Shown: positions 31,813 to 31,895 of the stretch, piece after piece
Layout: the number at the start of each line of letters is the position of its first letter
Numbering within the stretch: position 1 is the first letter of the stretch
Assembly (NCBI GenBank): GCA_943704415.1
Contig: CALSCO010001233.1
Location: 62,001-93,895 of the forward strand
Direction of reading: 5' to 3'
Source: Parvularia atlantis
Lineage: Eukaryota
Length of the DNA: 31,895 nt
The notes under the pieces: generated by a model
The model's database searches: none
The model's input: the letters and a program-made list of their open reading frames with translations, nothing else
What the model was told of the DNA's origin: nothing
Position numbers and translations under genes: made by a program

Positions 31813-31895
31813 GTTGAGACGCCTCTTACAAAAGTGCCTTTTTAAACCTAAACTGAACTCCTTGTGTCACTGTGGAGCCGAGTCGTCCTTGGTGG

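Noticed and set aside
1..31895. Prokaryotic or phage interpretation (operons with frameshifts, defence systems, CRISPR) or wholesale pseudogenisation
   Set aside because: The frame breaks in the conserved genes are resolved by short GT/GC-AG introns that restore eukaryote-specific proteins. No repeat-spacer arrays or Cas, RT or transposase motifs were seen.

Overview
A GC-rich, very gene-dense eukaryotic nuclear region. The genes are split by roughly 120 short spliceosomal introns (hand count, mostly about 45-70 nt, donor usually GTGCG, CTGAC/CTCAC-like branch points, CAG acceptors), so the raw ORF track is mostly misleading. Manual splicing gives, in order: the 5' part of CAND1 (-), a secreted N-formylglutamate amidohydrolase-like protein (-), a 78-aa spliced single-TM micro-ORF whose stop overlaps (ATGA) the start of a SETD6/Rkm-type SET methyltransferase (+), a partial RING ORF (+), Psd2-type C2-C2-EF phosphatidylserine decarboxylase (-), an SNX4/7/30-type sorting nexin (+), GNB1L/Asa1 (+), an intron-free GT32 glycosyltransferase ORF (+), tomosyn/Sro7 with an R-SNARE tail (-), VPS51 (+), a lower-GC island with a possible orphan gene (-), NOP9 (+) and MCM10 (+). 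Gene content and tiny introns suggest a unicellular opisthokont such as a nucleariid or early fungal relative (inference only). Most notable: the ATGA-coupled, operon-like micro-ORF/SET/RING block with head-to-head ATGs only 20 nt apart; a SAM domain fused to the N-terminus of MCM10; a perfect E2F palindrome in the 70-nt gap before MCM10; and at least five GC-AG introns. No prokaryotic features, RNA genes, CRISPR arrays or intact mobile elements were seen.
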